Shown here one piece after another: positions 16,114-25,532 of a stretch of DNA of 26,360 nucleotides. The first letter of the stretch is position 1, and every line of letters begins with the position of its first letter. The position numbers and the translations under genes were made by a program. Where the stretch lies: positions 1 to 26,360 of IMG/VR virus record IMGVR_UViG_3300048599_000722. The stretch is one strand, 5' to 3'. The DNA comes from a virus. Its lineage: Duplodnaviria > Caudoviricetes. Below the pieces are notes generated by a model that did no database searches, was not told where the DNA came from, and saw nothing but the letters and a program-made list of their open reading frames with translations.

Positions 16114-18775
16114 TTGTCTCGACGCCGATCGTGGCGCACAAGATGGTAGCAGGACGGGGGGCGGCGGCACGGATGCACAGACGCGAATCCGTATCCCAAT
16201 CGCCGTTGAACTCACTGAGATCAAAATCCTCCTGGTCGAGAATTTCCGTACCGGCATAGTTCTTGCCGCGAATGTTGAGCGGCAGTGACCGGAGGTGATC
16301 GAAATCCCGCCCAACCTTGATCCCCTGACAATGAGTGCGATCGACGGTCAGGGCCTTTTCCGTCAGCTTCTTCTTGCGATTGAGCGGCGTCCCGCCGGCG
16401 GCGGCATAAGCGAGTTTGGCCGATTTGTACCGCGCCTCGTAAGACAGGCCGGCAACAACCTTCGACGCTGCCGCGTCCAACGTGATAACGCCACCCGAAA
16501 CAGTCTTGGTTCCCACGTCCACACCGTCAGACCAGACAACAACCGTTTCACCCTCAAGATGAGCAACGGGAATACTTGTCGTTGGCGTTGAATCATAGAC
16601 GACGAAACTATCTGCCTGCTTGTTGAGCAGCCCGCCGACGCAATCAGATTCGCTGGCCCAACGTTCCAGGAAACGTTTGTCAGATCCGTTTATGGTTCGC
16701 TTGACCACATAGTAGACACGGTCCTCCGGGGCCGAAGGAAGGGTTACAACCCCCTCAATGAACCCATCGGTTTCAACGTCGATCCAGCAAATGACGTCTT
16801 CCACTTGGTCGTAGACCATGACCCCGGCGGTACCATCGGCCAGAACACAGTGCACCCGCGTATCCGGCCGGCGCTGAATATCCATCGCGATAATTCCCAC
16901 CGAGCATTGCTCGGGGATCAGCGTCACCATGTCTTCGGCGTCGTAATCATAGGCCGTCGCATCATAGGTGAGTTTCAACAGACGCCGTGACCCCTGCTCG
17001 ACAAAGAAGGCGTTCGAATCCATTTTAGCCGCCGCGATGGGACCGGAGCCGTAGGTCGAGCAATCCTTGATGTTGAAGTTCGTCGCCGTCAGGAGCTCAT
17101 CGAAGGACGACGACCGCGCGGACTTTTCCGACGCCTGCGCCCCGACGACAAGCCGTTTGAGAGGCAGCATCCAGTTAATCGTGTCAACGGGGCCTTCACC
17201 GATAGATCTGGAAATGGGCGCCGAATCCCCCTCTTGCGTATCGTCAAAGGAGGCAAACGCATCCGAAATGGACCCGAAAATCTTGTCCTTGCCGGCCCAC
17301 CACAACCTTCCTTCATAGATAGCTGGGGTTGTCGGGAACCCTCTGCGGTCTGACCATGCCCCTTCCGACCATGTTCCCGTTGCCGTGGTTGAACCGAAGG
17401 GCTGAAGAACGGAGACATTGACCAACAGCTCCGACGTATAGGACGTGACTCTGGCAATCCCGGTTAACCCACCGGAATCATAAGTCAAAGTAACTGTGGC
17501 GGTACCGGAGGTGTAAGCACCGGTTTTGATGCCGACCCGGTAGAAAATTATCTGATTATCAAGCGAATCGTTATAGGTCGCGGAACCGTTCGTGGTGTAA
17601 GTGGTCGTCGTGTCGGCCCAGGCCCCAGGTTCACCGATGGACCGTTGAACAGTGATCGTTGCTGACCATGTGCCGGAACGGTTGATGGTGAAATTACGAG
17701 AAGTCCCAGTTCCGATAACCTTGATGTAATTGCCGAACTGCCCTTCACCCGTGAAGGAATCCGTGACCGTCTGGCCGATGGAGGTCAGCTTGAACAGGGA
17801 CCCGACATTGGTCGACCGGAACAGCTTTTGGGATGCGGTGAGGGTCGTATCGCCCGTTAGAGCACCAGCGGTCAGGGTAATGGCCGAGGTGTTTTCCGTG
17901 CGAAACGGCCCATCGTCCGCGATGTAATCGACCACCGACCACGACCGGACGCCCCGACGCTCAATCCTCTGCTGCCGCTTTCCCTTACAGGCGCAAAACA
18001 GAACATCGATCGATTGGGTATATCGGACGTTGGCGAGGTTCGACGCGCTCCAAATGGTCGGGATGACCATATCCCCGGCGGATTCAATGGCGATGCTATC
18101 GACCAGCGAGGCGTACTGAGTTGTCGCTGAGAGTTCCACATAGGCGCTCGCCCCAGTCGGGGTAAAGGCCAAGGAATGGGTCCCGGGCAACAGGGTGGTT
18201 GCGGTGATCAATTCATCACCACCCGAAGAAGTCCCTACCCGCAACGTCACCTGGCCGCGGGTAATGGTGACCCTCAACCCGTGTTCGACGTTCTGGTCAC
18301 TCCCGGATACGGTCAGCGTTTGGCGGCGAATAGCGGAATTATATCGCGTCCCCACCAGGGACATATAGCCACCCGCCAACCAGGAAGACGTAGCGCCCGA
18401 TTGGTCATCATCCGACCATCCCGTCAAATCTGTGTTGAACGTCCCGTTGGTGAAAGCCGTAGAGACAGAGGGCCTCGAAATGATCGCCTCGTTGTAATCC
18501 CTCACCCGCATGGCCATGTCGGTGAGCTCGAGCAGCGCCAGATCGTTTTCATCGGTCGACGGAACAAAGCCGATATACTTCGCGGCCAGATCATTATAAG
18601 TCGAGCCGATATACCCCAATCCCGGCCGGAGCATCATCGACCCCAGGATGCGCGGCATCCAATTGGTCATGACCTCGGCTGACATATTGGTGCGGCGAAT
18701 GTCCGTTCTCGCCAGGGCCAACCGGGATATCTTCCCTCGGTTAAAGCTCTGCAGCGAAGTGTATTCTTTGGGCAT
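16106..18775 (-). CDS. Tail tubular protein B (nozzle)
   Basis: 889 aa beta-rich protein. N-terminal SFNRGKIS and RPGL motifs, YTQSIDVLF and FPTTPAIYEGRLWWAG. Follows tubular protein A. Confidence 0.85.
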   Translation of the reverse strand: MPKEYTSLQSFNRGKISRLALARTDIRRTNMSAEVMTNWMPRILGSMMLRPGLGYIGSTYNDLAAKYIGFVPSTDENDLALLELTDMAMRVRDYNEAIISRPSVSTAFTNGTFNTDLTGWSDDDQSGATSSWLAGGYMSLVGTRYNSAIRRQTLTVSGSDQNVEHGLRVTITRGQVTLRVGTSSGGDELITATTLLPGTHSLAFTPTGASAYVELSATTQYASLVDSIAIESAGDMVIPTIWSASNLANVRYTQSIDVLFCACKGKRQQRIERRGVRSWSVVDYIADDGPFRTENTSAITLTAGALTGDTTLTASQKLFRSTNVGSLFKLTSIGQTVTDSFTGEGQFGNYIKVIGTGTSRNFTINRSGTWSATITVQRSIGEPGAWADTTTTYTTNGSATYNDSLDNQIIFYRVGIKTGAYTSGTATVTLTYDSGGLTGIARVTSYTSELLVNVSVLQPFGSTTATGTWSEGAWSDRRGFPTTPAIYEGRLWWAGKDKIFGSISDAFASFDDTQEGDSAPISRSIGEGPVDTINWMLPLKRLVVGAQASEKSARSSSFDELLTATNFNIKDCSTYGSGPIAAAKMDSNAFFVEQGSRRLLKLTYDATAYDYDAEDMVTLIPEQCSVGIIAMDIQRRPDTRVHCVLADGTAGVMVYDQVEDVICWIDVETDGFIEGVVTLPSAPEDRVYYVVKRTINGSDKRFLERWASESDCVGGLLNKQADSFVVYDSTPTTSIPVAHLEGETVVVWSDGVDVGTKTVSGGVITLDAAASKVVAGLSYEARYKSAKLAYAAAGGTPLNRKKKLTEKALTVDRTHCQGIKVGRDFDHLRSLPLNIRGKNYAGTEILDQEDFDLSEFNGDWDTDSRLCIRAAAPRPATILCATIGVETNG

Positions 18776-19407
18776 CAGCCGCGCTCATACCACCGGCCGG
18801 AGCGCCGGCCTGTCCGTGCCATCTGCCAGCCCGTGGGCGGAGGAAAGCTCACCGGCTCTTTCAAGGCATCGCTGGCAAGGGCGGTTGTGCGCGCCATTTT
18901 TAGCTTCCCAAGAACGGTGTCTTCGTCCTCTTTCCCATCGGTCAGGCGTTTGATGATGCGAGAGGCAAAGGTAGCCTCAACGAAGCGGGTGAAGCTTACC
19001 GGCCACAGAGAGAAATCCATGCCATAGGCGTTTCCATTGGAAACGAAACGCACATAGATCGTGTCCAGTTCGCAGAACCAGTAATTCCCTTCATCCTGGT
19101 ACTGATAGAGCGGGCAGCGGAAATACTCATCCGAGCACAGCGAAACCAGCTTCTTCAGATCCGTTGGCTTGTCGAATGCCCGGCGATAGCCGAACGGCGG
19201 TTCAACCGATGGGGAATAGTCGATCTGGACCGTGCGCATGGCATGATTCCAGAAACCACTTTCCAAGCAGCCGTCGATCGTGTCCCGATCCCATGCTTCA
19301 TCCAGCAGATACCGGGCTTCCCGGTCTTCCGTCAGATTGGCAAGGCTGGGGCTTCCACAGATTTCAAGCGCGCCGTTGTAGATCGAAAGCCGGGTCGGCG
19401 TTGCCAT
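18775..19407 (-). CDS. Tail tubular protein A (adaptor)
   Basis: IYNGALEICG and WNHA motifs, 210 aa, T7 gp11-like size and position. Confidence 0.85.
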   Translation of the reverse strand: MATPTRLSIYNGALEICGSPSLANLTEDREARYLLDEAWDRDTIDGCLESGFWNHAMRTVQIDYSPSVEPPFGYRRAFDKPTDLKKLVSLCSDEYFRCPLYQYQDEGNYWFCELDTIYVRFVSNGNAYGMDFSLWPVSFTRFVEATFASRIIKRLTDGKEDEDTVLGKLKMARTTALASDALKEPVSFPPPTGWQMARTGRRSGRWYERG

Positions 19408-19850
19408 CAGGCGGCCTGGGCCTTGATCTGTTCCTTGACATAGGAACGGGCATCTTCAGAGTTCGAGAAACCCTCGCGCAGGGTTGCTGCTGGCTTTTTG
19501 CCCTTGGCGTTTCGAATTACGATCCACTGCCGATGCTGACCTGCGTGGCGGAGCGTATGCCCCTCAAAGACGATATCCGCCACCGACGAAACGGCGAAAA
19601 CTTTTGGCTCGAACAGGAACTCGACTTTTACCCCATCGTCAGAAAACCCAAGCACGATGAGCTCGACATAGAACGAACCATCTTCTGCAAAAGCCTCGAT
19701 CTTATTCCCGGGCGCCAGATTGCGCCGTACATGGCGCCAATAATCGGGGCTGAGAAGGTCGTCCGGCGACGTTCCGACCGAGGGCGAGGCATAGAAAATG
19801 GTGCGCTTGAACTCGGCGGGGGTCAGGCGAGAGTTTTGAATGGGGGTCAT
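19407..19850 (-). CDS. Hypothetical protein (147 aa)
   Basis: ATG at 19850 with GAGGA SD. TGATG coupling to tubular protein A. Confidence 0.7.
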   Translation of the reverse strand: MTPIQNSRLTPAEFKRTIFYASPSVGTSPDDLLSPDYWRHVRRNLAPGNKIEAFAEDGSFYVELIVLGFSDDGVKVEFLFEPKVFAVSSVADIVFEGHTLRHAGQHRQWIVIRNAKGKKPAATLREGFSNSEDARSYVKEQIKAQAA

Positions 19851-19862
19851 GTAATCCTCATG

Positions 19863-19902
19863 AAAAAGGCCCTGGGTTGTCCCGATTGGGAGCCAGGGCC
19901 TT
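19863..19902 (-). terminator. Terminator-like hairpin containing a C/CAAC internal loop
   Basis: AAGGCCCTGG-C-TCCC-AATC-GGGA-CAAC-CCAGGGCCTT-TTT. Confidence 0.6.
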
Positions 19903-19909
19903 GATGCAG

Positions 19910-19942
19910 AAAAGAGGCCCCAGGTTTCCCCGGGGCCCCCTT
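19910..19942 (-). terminator. Rho-independent terminator after the capsid genes
   Basis: AAGGGGGCCCCGGG-GAAA-CCTGGGGCCTCTTTT directly after the stop at 19948. Confidence 0.8.
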
Positions 19943-19947
19943 CAGGT

Positions 19948-20220
19948 TTAGGTATTCGCGGCACCGCCGATGGACACGCCATCGGACAGGTCGATAACAC
20001 CGGCGGTATCCGACACCACCGTATGCGAGGTGACCTGCTGGTTGGTCGAATCCGTGTCCAGAACGAACAACAGATCGCCCTTCCGCATGCCAGCCTTGTA
20101 GGCGTTGGTGAGGTAGGCAGAGTCGTCAACCGTCGCCGCGGCGTCGGTCGATTCATAGAAGTAGAGTTTACGACCGTTAATCGCCTGCGCGACAAGGGTC
20201 GGGAGAGTCGTAGTAGCCAT
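19948..20220 (-). CDS. Small virion protein, possible capsid decoration
   Basis: 90 aa, GGAGA SD, lies between the capsid gene and the terminator. Confidence 0.6.
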   Translation of the reverse strand: MATTTLPTLVAQAINGRKLYFYESTDAAATVDDSAYLTNAYKAGMRKGDLLFVLDTDSTNQQVTSHTVVSDTAGVIDLSDGVSIGGAANT

Positions 20221-20232
20221 GTTAGTTTCTCC

Positions 20233-21084
20233 TTACTGAGCAGCAAGAGCGCTGGCGTCGTGGTTGATAAGCACGATGCCGTCGTTCTGAAGGAGCTTTG
20301 CGCCCATGAACATGGAGCAACGTGCCCAGCTATAGTCCTGCTCGCCGTCGTAGCCGATCTGGTTGTCCATGCCCGAGACGTCAGCGGCGTGGCCGATGGC
20401 GTTCTTATGGAACACGAAGCACTTTTCGGCATTGGTGCCGGCACCGGAGACCTTGGGATGCACAATGATGTTCATTTCCATCCAGCGGTAGAAGCCCGGC
20501 TGGTCGGCCCAAGTGGTCTGTGCACCATCGAACGGACGACGGGTCACGTAATCCGCCGATGCAAACTCGGTGGTCTGCATCAGGTAATTACGGAAGCCCG
20601 GCGAGATGACGGCCCAGATATTGCCGTCGAACGGGACCTCGTTGTAGCCGAGGATCGATTGCGCCTTCAGCAGAAGGCCAACCGAGCCGGGGACTGCAGT
20701 GCCCGTGTCGTTGGTGGCGGTACCGAGTTCGGTCAGGATGTCCTGATCAATCTTGCGATTGATGACACCCATCGCGTTCTTCTGCATCAGACCGGTTTGG
20801 TCGCCCTGGCCGGCAAAGATGTTGTAGCGGGTCTTCTTACGAAGATCATGCCACTCGGTCAGGGTCGCCGTGTACTGGTTGAGGTTATCGGCGCGCGACG
20901 GGATAAGGCCGTTCGTGCCGCGGGTAACCGCTTCGTCACCGTTGGAATCACCAACGAGGAAAACCGCCGAGTTGCCCTTGATAACGGCTTCGGAGGTCAC
21001 AGCGTCACGCAAGATGCTCTGGCGCTGTTCGAACCCCAGGATCATCTCCTGGCGATATTGGATTTGGGTGGCTGTCTCAGCCAT
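20233..21084 (-). CDS. Major capsid protein
   Basis: 283 aa with FEQRQSILR, INRKIDQDIL, FHKNAIGHA and GAKLLQNDGIV motifs. Lies after the scaffold and before a strong terminator. Confidence 0.88.
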   Translation of the reverse strand: MAETATQIQYRQEMILGFEQRQSILRDAVTSEAVIKGNSAVFLVGDSNGDEAVTRGTNGLIPSRADNLNQYTATLTEWHDLRKKTRYNIFAGQGDQTGLMQKNAMGVINRKIDQDILTELGTATNDTGTAVPGSVGLLLKAQSILGYNEVPFDGNIWAVISPGFRNYLMQTTEFASADYVTRRPFDGAQTTWADQPGFYRWMEMNIIVHPKVSGAGTNAEKCFVFHKNAIGHAADVSGMDNQIGYDGEQDYSWARCSMFMGAKLLQNDGIVLINHDASALAAQ

Positions 21085-21099
21085 TTATGCACCTGTGGA

Positions 21100-21262
21100 T
21101 AAGAAAAGGCTTTCAGGTGCTGATCACTCGGGTTGTCCGAAGGCATGGGTCGGGGTTGCCGGAATCCGGGCCGTTCCCAGTGTTTCGGGGCGTCGTTTCA
21201 GCGGGTTTTGTGGGTAGAAGTGCGGGCCGTTTCCGGGTTGCCGCGATTGGGCCGAAGCCCAA
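21100..21262 (-). promoter_or_regulatory. Structured 5' leader of the capsid gene
   Basis: Hairpins with UUCG (21249-21260) and GAAA (21222-21244) tetraloops, and repeated C/CAAC internal loops. Confidence 0.55.
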
Positions 21263-21336
21263 AACTTTAGGCCACGCGCCCTAAGACATTAGGGGGTGGT
21301 TGTGGTAATCTGGCGCCTCAACCAATGGAGGCATGA

Positions 21337-21714
21337 ATGCGATTCTTGTTGTGCGCTGTCTTTGCTTTCGTCTCATTCGCGAATGCAGCAAACGCACTGA
21401 CCTGCGCCGAGTTTGAGGACTTACTCATGAAGTCCAAGGACAAAGACGAACTATCTCAGCGTTACCTTGGAGGTTGGCTTGAGGGATTTGGCGGGTCGAC
21501 GCTGGCAAATGCGGTACTAGCTCGACGTGATGGCAAAAATGAACCGGTCTGTTTTCCGGCAGACGACAGTTTCACTGTATCGAATGTCGATCTTGTGCAC
21601 GCCTACGACAGGGCTATCGTCAGCCGATCGGATGCTGACAAAAACGACGCCAGCAAATGTTCGGCGGAAGTCATCATTCTGTTAGGACTTCAACAGAAAT
21701 ATCCCTGCCATTAA
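21337..21714 (+). CDS. Periplasmic Rap1a/Tai-like protein (moron)
   Basis: Signal peptide ending ANA. YLGG..EG, C-x-P and terminal LQQKYPC pattern. GGAGG SD. Possible promoter AAGACA-N17-TAATCT (21283-21311). Opposite strand to the virion genes. Confidence 0.65.
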   Translation: MRFLLCAVFAFVSFANAANALTCAEFEDLLMKSKDKDELSQRYLGGWLEGFGGSTLANAVLARRDGKNEPVCFPADDSFTVSNVDLVHAYDRAIVSRSDADKNDASKCSAEVIILLGLQQKYPCH

Positions 21715-22349
21715 ATCGGCAAAACATTCGGACCAAGAAGCGACGTTGGATCTGAGCCGAGAGCGGTCTGCTGTGCCGCGAGACGTCGCTTGCGGCGCTC
21801 TTCTGCCGCCGCTTCCGCATCCACATTGTTCCCCGGATTGCCGGCGCTGCCGAAGCGACCGGAATTGCGGGAATTGGACGTTCCGCCAGTGTAATCGCCG
21901 GGTTTTTGCCCCGTGGATTCGTCAAGGTCGCGGAACTGTGGAGTTCTGCCAAAAGGGTCCGCACCGGCCGCAGCGTTAGCGACCGCGCCGAGCGCCGTCA
22001 CCGCGCTGAGCGGGCCTGTGGGGGACATGCTGAGAGCAGAGCCGAGCTGACCCAGGGTCGGCAGGCGGTTGTATGTGGGGATTTGTTCGTCCTCGAGCGT
22101 GCCCGGCCTGTAACCACGAGCGCGATCACGCGAGCCTTGGGTGGGATCTTTAAACCCCGTCCGCTCCCGATTCTTCTTCGCGGTATCTGACTCGCCCGTC
22201 AGCCCGCCACGGCTCCGACCGAGGCCACCGCCCTGCGCGCTACCGGTGTTCCTCTGCCCACCGCCCTTGTCACCGCGGCCACCACCGCCCATACCGTTGT
22301 TGCTGCGGCCCGTATCTCGTGCGCCGCGCGCCGGGTCTTTTCCTGGCAT
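21711..22349 (-). CDS. Low-complexity Gly/Arg-rich hypothetical protein
   Basis: 212 aa, GGAG SD after the scaffold stop, basic C-terminus EERRKRRLAA. Confidence 0.65.
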   Translation of the reverse strand: MPGKDPARGARDTGRSNNGMGGGGRGDKGGGQRNTGSAQGGGLGRSRGGLTGESDTAKKNRERTGFKDPTQGSRDRARGYRPGTLEDEQIPTYNRLPTLGQLGSALSMSPTGPLSAVTALGAVANAAAGADPFGRTPQFRDLDESTGQKPGDYTGGTSNSRNSGRFGSAGNPGNNVDAEAAAEERRKRRLAAQQTALGSDPTSLLGPNVLPI

Positions 22350-22361
22350 CGTTCTCTCTCC

Positions 22362-23303
22362 TTAATGTCCCCGAGCCGTGAGCTTGTCACGGGCTTCGAG
22401 TAGTTTGCCGTATTGCCCACGGCGTTCATTGTTGCTGGGATGCTGCCAGGCCCGAATGTTTGTGCTCATTTCTTTTTCCATCTCGGCAATCTGGTCCTTG
22501 ATGGCGCCCAACTGGTCACCGCCGGCATTGGGGACGACCGTCCCGGCCGGGTTGAGTTCACGGGCAACACCGGCCAGCCATTTGGTCGCGGCGATGTTGT
22601 TGCCGAGAAGCGACCCATCAGCCAGACGGGCGGTCAGGATGAGGTCGCCCAATCCATCGGGGGCCTGTTGCACCAGATTGTGGACAGCAACCATTTCCGC
22701 ACGGAAATTCCCGCCCCATTCCCCCTTTAGGGTTTCGATGAGGTTGGCCTTGTCCGTTTCTACCCGCTGCGCCGCTTCTTGGGCACGCTGCTCTTGAATG
22801 ACAAAAAATTCATCTAAAACGGCATTAACGACTTCCGGTGACGCATTGACGGCGTGGGCTCGCTCGAGAACCGCATCGACCAACGGCCTATCCGCTTCAC
22901 CAATGACCAGGCCGTCAGAGAGTTCAATCTGATAGTCCGAGAACTTCTCCGGGATGTTGTTGGCCTGTCGATACTCGGCAATCTGTTCGGGAGTCGGATT
23001 CTCGGGGAGCGGTTGCCTGACCTGCCCCGACGAGAATTTGGCCTCCATTTCACGGAACGACTTGAACACCGACCCGACGTCAGGGAAGCGCTGAAGCCGT
23101 TGCAATGCCTTGGGATCATCCCCGGCGATACGTTCACGCCAGTCGTCTGCGATCCAAGGCTTATCGGCGGCAGCTGGTTCCGGGGCTGGTGCTGGAGTTG
23201 GATCTGCGGCGGGAACGGCTACTGGAGTTGGGTTCGGGTCCGCATTCGGAACAGGAACCGAGGTTGTCGGCTCGAGAGCCGGGCTCGGAGCTGGTTCGCT
23301 CAT
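22362..23303 (-). CDS. Capsid scaffolding/assembly protein
   Basis: Pro/Ala-rich N-terminus, DWRE and LKGEWG motifs, lies between portal and capsid. ATG at 23303 fits the GAGGAG SD. Confidence 0.8.
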   Translation of the reverse strand: MSEPAPSPALEPTTSVPVPNADPNPTPVAVPAADPTPAPAPEPAAADKPWIADDWRERIAGDDPKALQRLQRFPDVGSVFKSFREMEAKFSSGQVRQPLPENPTPEQIAEYRQANNIPEKFSDYQIELSDGLVIGEADRPLVDAVLERAHAVNASPEVVNAVLDEFFVIQEQRAQEAAQRVETDKANLIETLKGEWGGNFRAEMVAVHNLVQQAPDGLGDLILTARLADGSLLGNNIAATKWLAGVARELNPAGTVVPNAGGDQLGAIKDQIAEMEKEMSTNIRAWQHPSNNERRGQYGKLLEARDKLTARGH

Positions 23304-23305
23304 TA

Positions 23306-23569
23306 TCACTCCTCAATCTTGTTGGCTGGTAGTTTCATCAGGTGGACGATCTGTTGACCGGCGAACTGCCGGCCGAGAGCAAAATGTGTCGCGTTCGTAT
23401 CCCCCGGCCGATAGGCGAGGTCATAGGTCTTGCACACTTCGAAGATGATGAAGTTCAAAGCGCGCTGCTGTTGGATCTTGTCGGCGGCGCCGTTCATCAC
23501 GGCTTGAATGGCAACGACGTCCGCCTTTTTGAAAACTGCCGGCGCAAATTCTGCCGGGGCTTTCTTCAT
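23306..23569 (-). CDS. Bbp19-like small phage protein
   Basis: 87 aa after the portal. THFALGRQFAGQQI resembles the TAFxEGxRxVG motif. Confidence 0.65.
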   Translation of the reverse strand: MKKAPAEFAPAVFKKADVVAIQAVMNGAADKIQQQRALNFIIFEVCKTYDLAYRPGDTNATHFALGRQFAGQQIVHLMKLPANKIEE

Positions 23570-25263
23570 GCCGCCGCCTGTTTAAGTGACTGGCCGGCGT
23601 TACCCATTTCCGTCGCGATCGCGGCGCCCTGCCCGACCATATCCATGGCCTGCTGGGCTTGGGCCTTCTGCTGTTCCTGTGCCGTGATGGCTTCCATTTC
23701 ACGTTCGTCACGGAGCCATTTGGCCGGCACCTGACCACCCTTGAGGGCGTCACGGAGGGCAACCTGGATGTTGACCGTCTTCGCCGCGGCCGGATCGTAA
23801 GCTGCCGCTTGTTCGGAGAGAGCAAGGGCTGTTTGGAACTGTTGAACCTTGGCCTGATCTTCGGCCTCGGTAATCGGGCTTTCGAAGCGGAAGCGGATGT
23901 TCTGGCCCTGCAGGGATTCCGGGATATCCGACGCCGGACCAAAGGCCCCTTCCGCCATCAGCAGGGTTGCTGCGTCTTCGCACAGAGGTGCGGAGTATTC
24001 CTGCTCAACCGGCTGGAACAGCGGCATGACCTGTTGGATGTACTCCCGAATGCGCTGGCTGACCTCATAGGCCGTCATTTCACGACCGGCGCCGGGCAGG
24101 TGGATCTTGTCGATGTAGAAGCAACTGGCGAGCATGCTTTGGGTGCGCTCGAGCAGATTGATCCCCAGCGGGAAACCGCGGGAATCGACAGTGAGGGGAC
24201 GAAGCACCTCACCCAAACGCTCGTCATAATCTTGTGACGCCCAGGTCACCCCGCCAGGGTAAATGTCGATCGGGCTCTTTACCGCTTCCTCAATCGCAAT
24301 CATGGGCGGGTCGACGGCCTTCTCACCTGCTTTGAGCAGGGTAAAGGTCATCTGCTGCATCAATCGCGCATCTGGAAGACCAGCGATGACAGCCGGTGAG
24401 CGGGCGTATTGTGAATCATCCGGGCAGAACCAGCGGGGGACGATGTAATACCCCGTCCGCAGGCCGACTTCCTCCATGACGTGGCGGCTGTCGACGTCGA
24501 TGAACAGCGAAATCCACGGCCAGTTGCGCGGATTGGGTCCGTCATACTCATCGGCCGGAACGACGACATGCCGAACGTTGACTTTCGAATAAGCCCCGGC
24601 GCCGTTGTTTTCCGTGAGTTTGCGCGTCACATTCGAATGGACACGGTCCTTGAAGAGGTGCGCCAGTTCGCGGGCGGTTGGCTTCCAATTCCTGCCCCGA
24701 AGGCCAACGGAGCCGTCGTACTTTTCGCACCACACCATATCCCGAAGGTGCCAGTTTCGGAACAACAGGGCGGATTTAAGCCGGTTGACCTCGAGAGACA
24801 GGACGCCGTTACCGAAGTTCGTCCAGTCGTGATCGGTCAGATGCGTTGCTTTGGAAAGCATGGCCACGGGATCTGACATGGCCCGCATCTGGACCTTTGT
24901 CTTTTCCTCAAGCCAAGCCTTGGCGGCATTATCCATTCTGTCATCAGGATCGCCCACCGCCATGTGAAACCACTGGTTCCCTTGGGGGCGAAGCATTGAG
25001 GACATGGAATCCCCAAGGTCGCGGGCGACCAACAGCGGGTATGAGGTGGCCAAGCCGGTCGCGTATTCCTCCCCGACATTCCGGGAATAGGTGAAATTCG
25101 CACGGGCCGGATAGAAGTTCTCCGCAATGTCCTGGCACAGGGACATGAACGGCGCTTTTTGACTGAAGAGGTTTTCGACGCGCGACAGCAGAACCTTGTG
25201 CCGCTCCTCAAACACACCGGGCGCTGAGACGATGGCGGGTGCTTCGACCCGTTTCTTTGCCAT
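23566..25263 (-). CDS. Portal (head-tail connector), T7-like
   Basis: 565 aa. IVPRW...YARSP, ALKAGEK-like KAGEKAVDPP and MTAYEV motifs. Confidence 0.92.
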   Translation of the reverse strand: MAKKRVEAPAIVSAPGVFEERHKVLLSRVENLFSQKAPFMSLCQDIAENFYPARANFTYSRNVGEEYATGLATSYPLLVARDLGDSMSSMLRPQGNQWFHMAVGDPDDRMDNAAKAWLEEKTKVQMRAMSDPVAMLSKATHLTDHDWTNFGNGVLSLEVNRLKSALLFRNWHLRDMVWCEKYDGSVGLRGRNWKPTARELAHLFKDRVHSNVTRKLTENNGAGAYSKVNVRHVVVPADEYDGPNPRNWPWISLFIDVDSRHVMEEVGLRTGYYIVPRWFCPDDSQYARSPAVIAGLPDARLMQQMTFTLLKAGEKAVDPPMIAIEEAVKSPIDIYPGGVTWASQDYDERLGEVLRPLTVDSRGFPLGINLLERTQSMLASCFYIDKIHLPGAGREMTAYEVSQRIREYIQQVMPLFQPVEQEYSAPLCEDAATLLMAEGAFGPASDIPESLQGQNIRFRFESPITEAEDQAKVQQFQTALALSEQAAAYDPAAAKTVNIQVALRDALKGGQVPAKWLRDEREMEAITAQEQQKAQAQQAMDMVGQGAAIATEMGNAGQSLKQAAA

Positions 25264-25264
25264 G

Positions 25265-25531
25265 TCAGCCCAGGCGATCGTCGTCGGTCAGATTGGTGGA
25301 TTGGCGGCCGGATGCCGATTGACGGCGACGCACGGCTTCAAGTCTTGCCCGCTGGATAGCAGCGTCATCCTGTGTCGGTGCAACGGCGGGTGCAGTGACG
25401 GCGGGTGTCTTTTCGGTCTTGGGTGTCTTCATGGATGCGCCCTTGATGGCGCTATACCCACTCGCGGCGGCGCCAACGGCGGTTGCGGCCGCATTCACAA
25501 GCGGAATCGCCGCGGTAATCGTGTCGCCCAT
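25265..25531 (-). CDS. Small basic virion protein upstream of the portal (T7 gp7.3-like position)
   Basis: ATG at 25531 with GGAGG SD, 88 aa, ending RRRQSASGRQSTNLT..LG. Confidence 0.7.
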   Translation of the reverse strand: MGDTITAAIPLVNAAATAVGAAASGYSAIKGASMKTPKTEKTPAVTAPAVAPTQDDAAIQRARLEAVRRRQSASGRQSTNLTDDDRLG

Positions 25532-25532
25532 G

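Noticed and set aside
19407-20465. 352-aa ORF suggesting a frameshifted capsid extension (T7 10B-like)
   Set aside because: The upstream part overlaps two real genes and both terminator hairpins and translates to shadow-like sequence. I saw no slippery site, and a good SD precedes ATG 19850.
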